Virus record (IMG/VR): IMGVR_UViG_3300014872_000008
Span: 1-25,552 of that record
Direction: 5' to 3' (one strand)
DNA from: a virus
Taxonomy: Duplodnaviria; Caudoviricetes
DNA length: 25,552 bases
Shown: positions 24,443 through 25,552 of the stretch, piece after piece
Position numbering within the stretch: position 1 is the first letter of the stretch
Layout: every line of letters starts with the position of its first letter
Made by a program: the position numbers and the translations under genes
Notes under the pieces: model-generated
Told to the model about the DNA's origin: nothing
Database searches by the model: none
The model's input: the letters and a program-made list of their open reading frames with translations, nothing else

Positions 24443-25552
24443 ATGACTCCTACCTCGCTCTCCAAGTTCTGGGTGCATGACTCGCTGTTCGTGCGCCTCG
24501 GCACACTGCTCGTCGTGGCCCTTATGGTGGCCCTGTCGTGGGCGACCCCGGCCAGCACGATCAGTTTGGCCGACAACGTCCTGCTCACGATTGCGATGAT
24601 CACGCGCGAGGCATTGCGCGTGCTCGAGAACAACCTCACCTTCACGAAAAAGGTGAACCGGCAGTTCGATGACAAGTTCGGGGTCGAAGGCGCTAAGATC
24701 GGCACCGTCGTGAACGTGCGGAAGCCACCCCGCTACGTCACGCGCACCGGCCAGGCCCTGCAGGTCCAGGACGCGGTCGAAACGCAGGTACCGGTCACGC
24801 TCAATCAGCAGATTGGCGTGGACCTGTCGTTCTCATCGGCTGACCTCGCGCTGTCGATCGATGACTTCTCGCAGCGGTTCATCTCCCCAGCGATTGCCGC
24901 CGTGGCGAACCGGATCGACCAGCTCGGGCTGCAGCAGTACATCAACCTGAACCAGATCGTGGGCACGCCCGGCACGGTGCCGAACGCGCTCCTGACGTAT
25001 CTGCTCGCTGGCGTGGCGCTCGACAATAGCGCGGCGCCCATGGACGGCCAGCGGTCGATCACGATCAATCCGCTCATGCAGGCGACGATCGTCGACGCCC
25101 TGAAGGGACTCTTTCAGCAGGCGACGGCCATCGCGAGCCAGTACGAGAAGGGCGTGATGGGCACGGCGGCCGGCTTCGACTGGCAGATGGACCAGAACAT
25201 CGCCACGAACACGATCGGCCCGCTCGGCGGGACCCCGCTCGTGGCTGGCGCTGGCCAAACGGGCGCGACCCTGGCCACCGACGGCTGGACCGCCGCGGCA
25301 GCGAATCGACTCCTGCGTGGCAACACGTTCACGATCGCTGGGGTCTACCAGGTGAACCCGCAGAGCCGCGAGTCCACCGGCGTGCTCCAGTCGTTCCTCG
25401 TGACGGCGGACACAGCCAGCGACGGCGCGGGACTGGCCTCCATCCCGATCTTCCCGTCGATCATCACGTCCGGTCAGTTCCAGACGGTGACTGGATCCCC
25501 GGCCGACAATGCGGTGATCACGGTCCTCGGCGCGGCCAACACGGTCTCGCCG
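24443..25552 (+). CDS. Major capsid protein, P22 coat-like (3' truncated)
   Basis: Translated by hand: ...ADNVLLTIAMITREALRVLENNLTF...KIGTVVNVRKPPRY...FSSADLALSIDDFSQRFI.PA...GFDWQMDQN; runs off the window. Start is ATG 24443 or TTG 24566. Confidence 0.9.
   Translation, partial: MTPTSLSKFWVHDSLFVRLGTLLVVALMVALSWATPASTISLADNVLLTIAMITREALRVLENNLTFTKKVNRQFDDKFGVEGAKIGTVVNVRKPPRYVTRTGQALQVQDAVETQVPVTLNQQIGVDLSFSSADLALSIDDFSQRFISPAIAAVANRIDQLGLQQYINLNQIVGTPGTVPNALLTYLLAGVALDNSAAPMDGQRSITINPLMQATIVDALKGLFQQATAIASQYEKGVMGTAAGFDWQMDQNIATNTIGPLGGTPLVAGAGQTGATLATDGWTAAAANRLLRGNTFTIAGVYQVNPQSRESTGVLQSFLVTADTASDGAGLASIPIFPSIITSGQFQTVTGSPADNAVITVLGAANTVSP

Noticed and set aside
1-25552. Genome-wide TGA recoding
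   Set aside because: TGA terminates most genes in ATGA/GTGA overlaps, and the only tRNA is CAT, not a suppressor.

Overview
GC-rich tailed-phage (or prophage) segment, almost entirely on the + strand and tightly translationally coupled (many ATGA/GTGA overlaps). The left ~12.5 kb is an early/middle accessory region. It holds a Cys-rich radical-SAM-like protein, wHTH proteins, RusA, an inverted HNH endonuclease, a HerA/FtsK-like ATPase, an orphan TnpB with an atypical RuvC-II site, small Zn-finger genes, a frameshifted Ead/Ea22-like gene, a SpoVG-like protein and a C5 cytosine methyltransferase. The right half is a P22-like packaging/head module (TerS, a TerL split into two genes, portal, scaffold, start of coat protein), interspersed with small genes and a tRNA-Met(CAT). 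The main finding is a short TatA gene (8908-9066, absent from the ORF track) directly behind a twin-arginine-signal protein. A second twin-arginine protein (19518-19832) shares a DPExxLWxPGxKT motif with the first and carries a copy of the coat protein N-terminus. The coat ORF itself has a signal-peptide-like N-terminal extension. All calls come from motif recognition by eye; no database searches were run.
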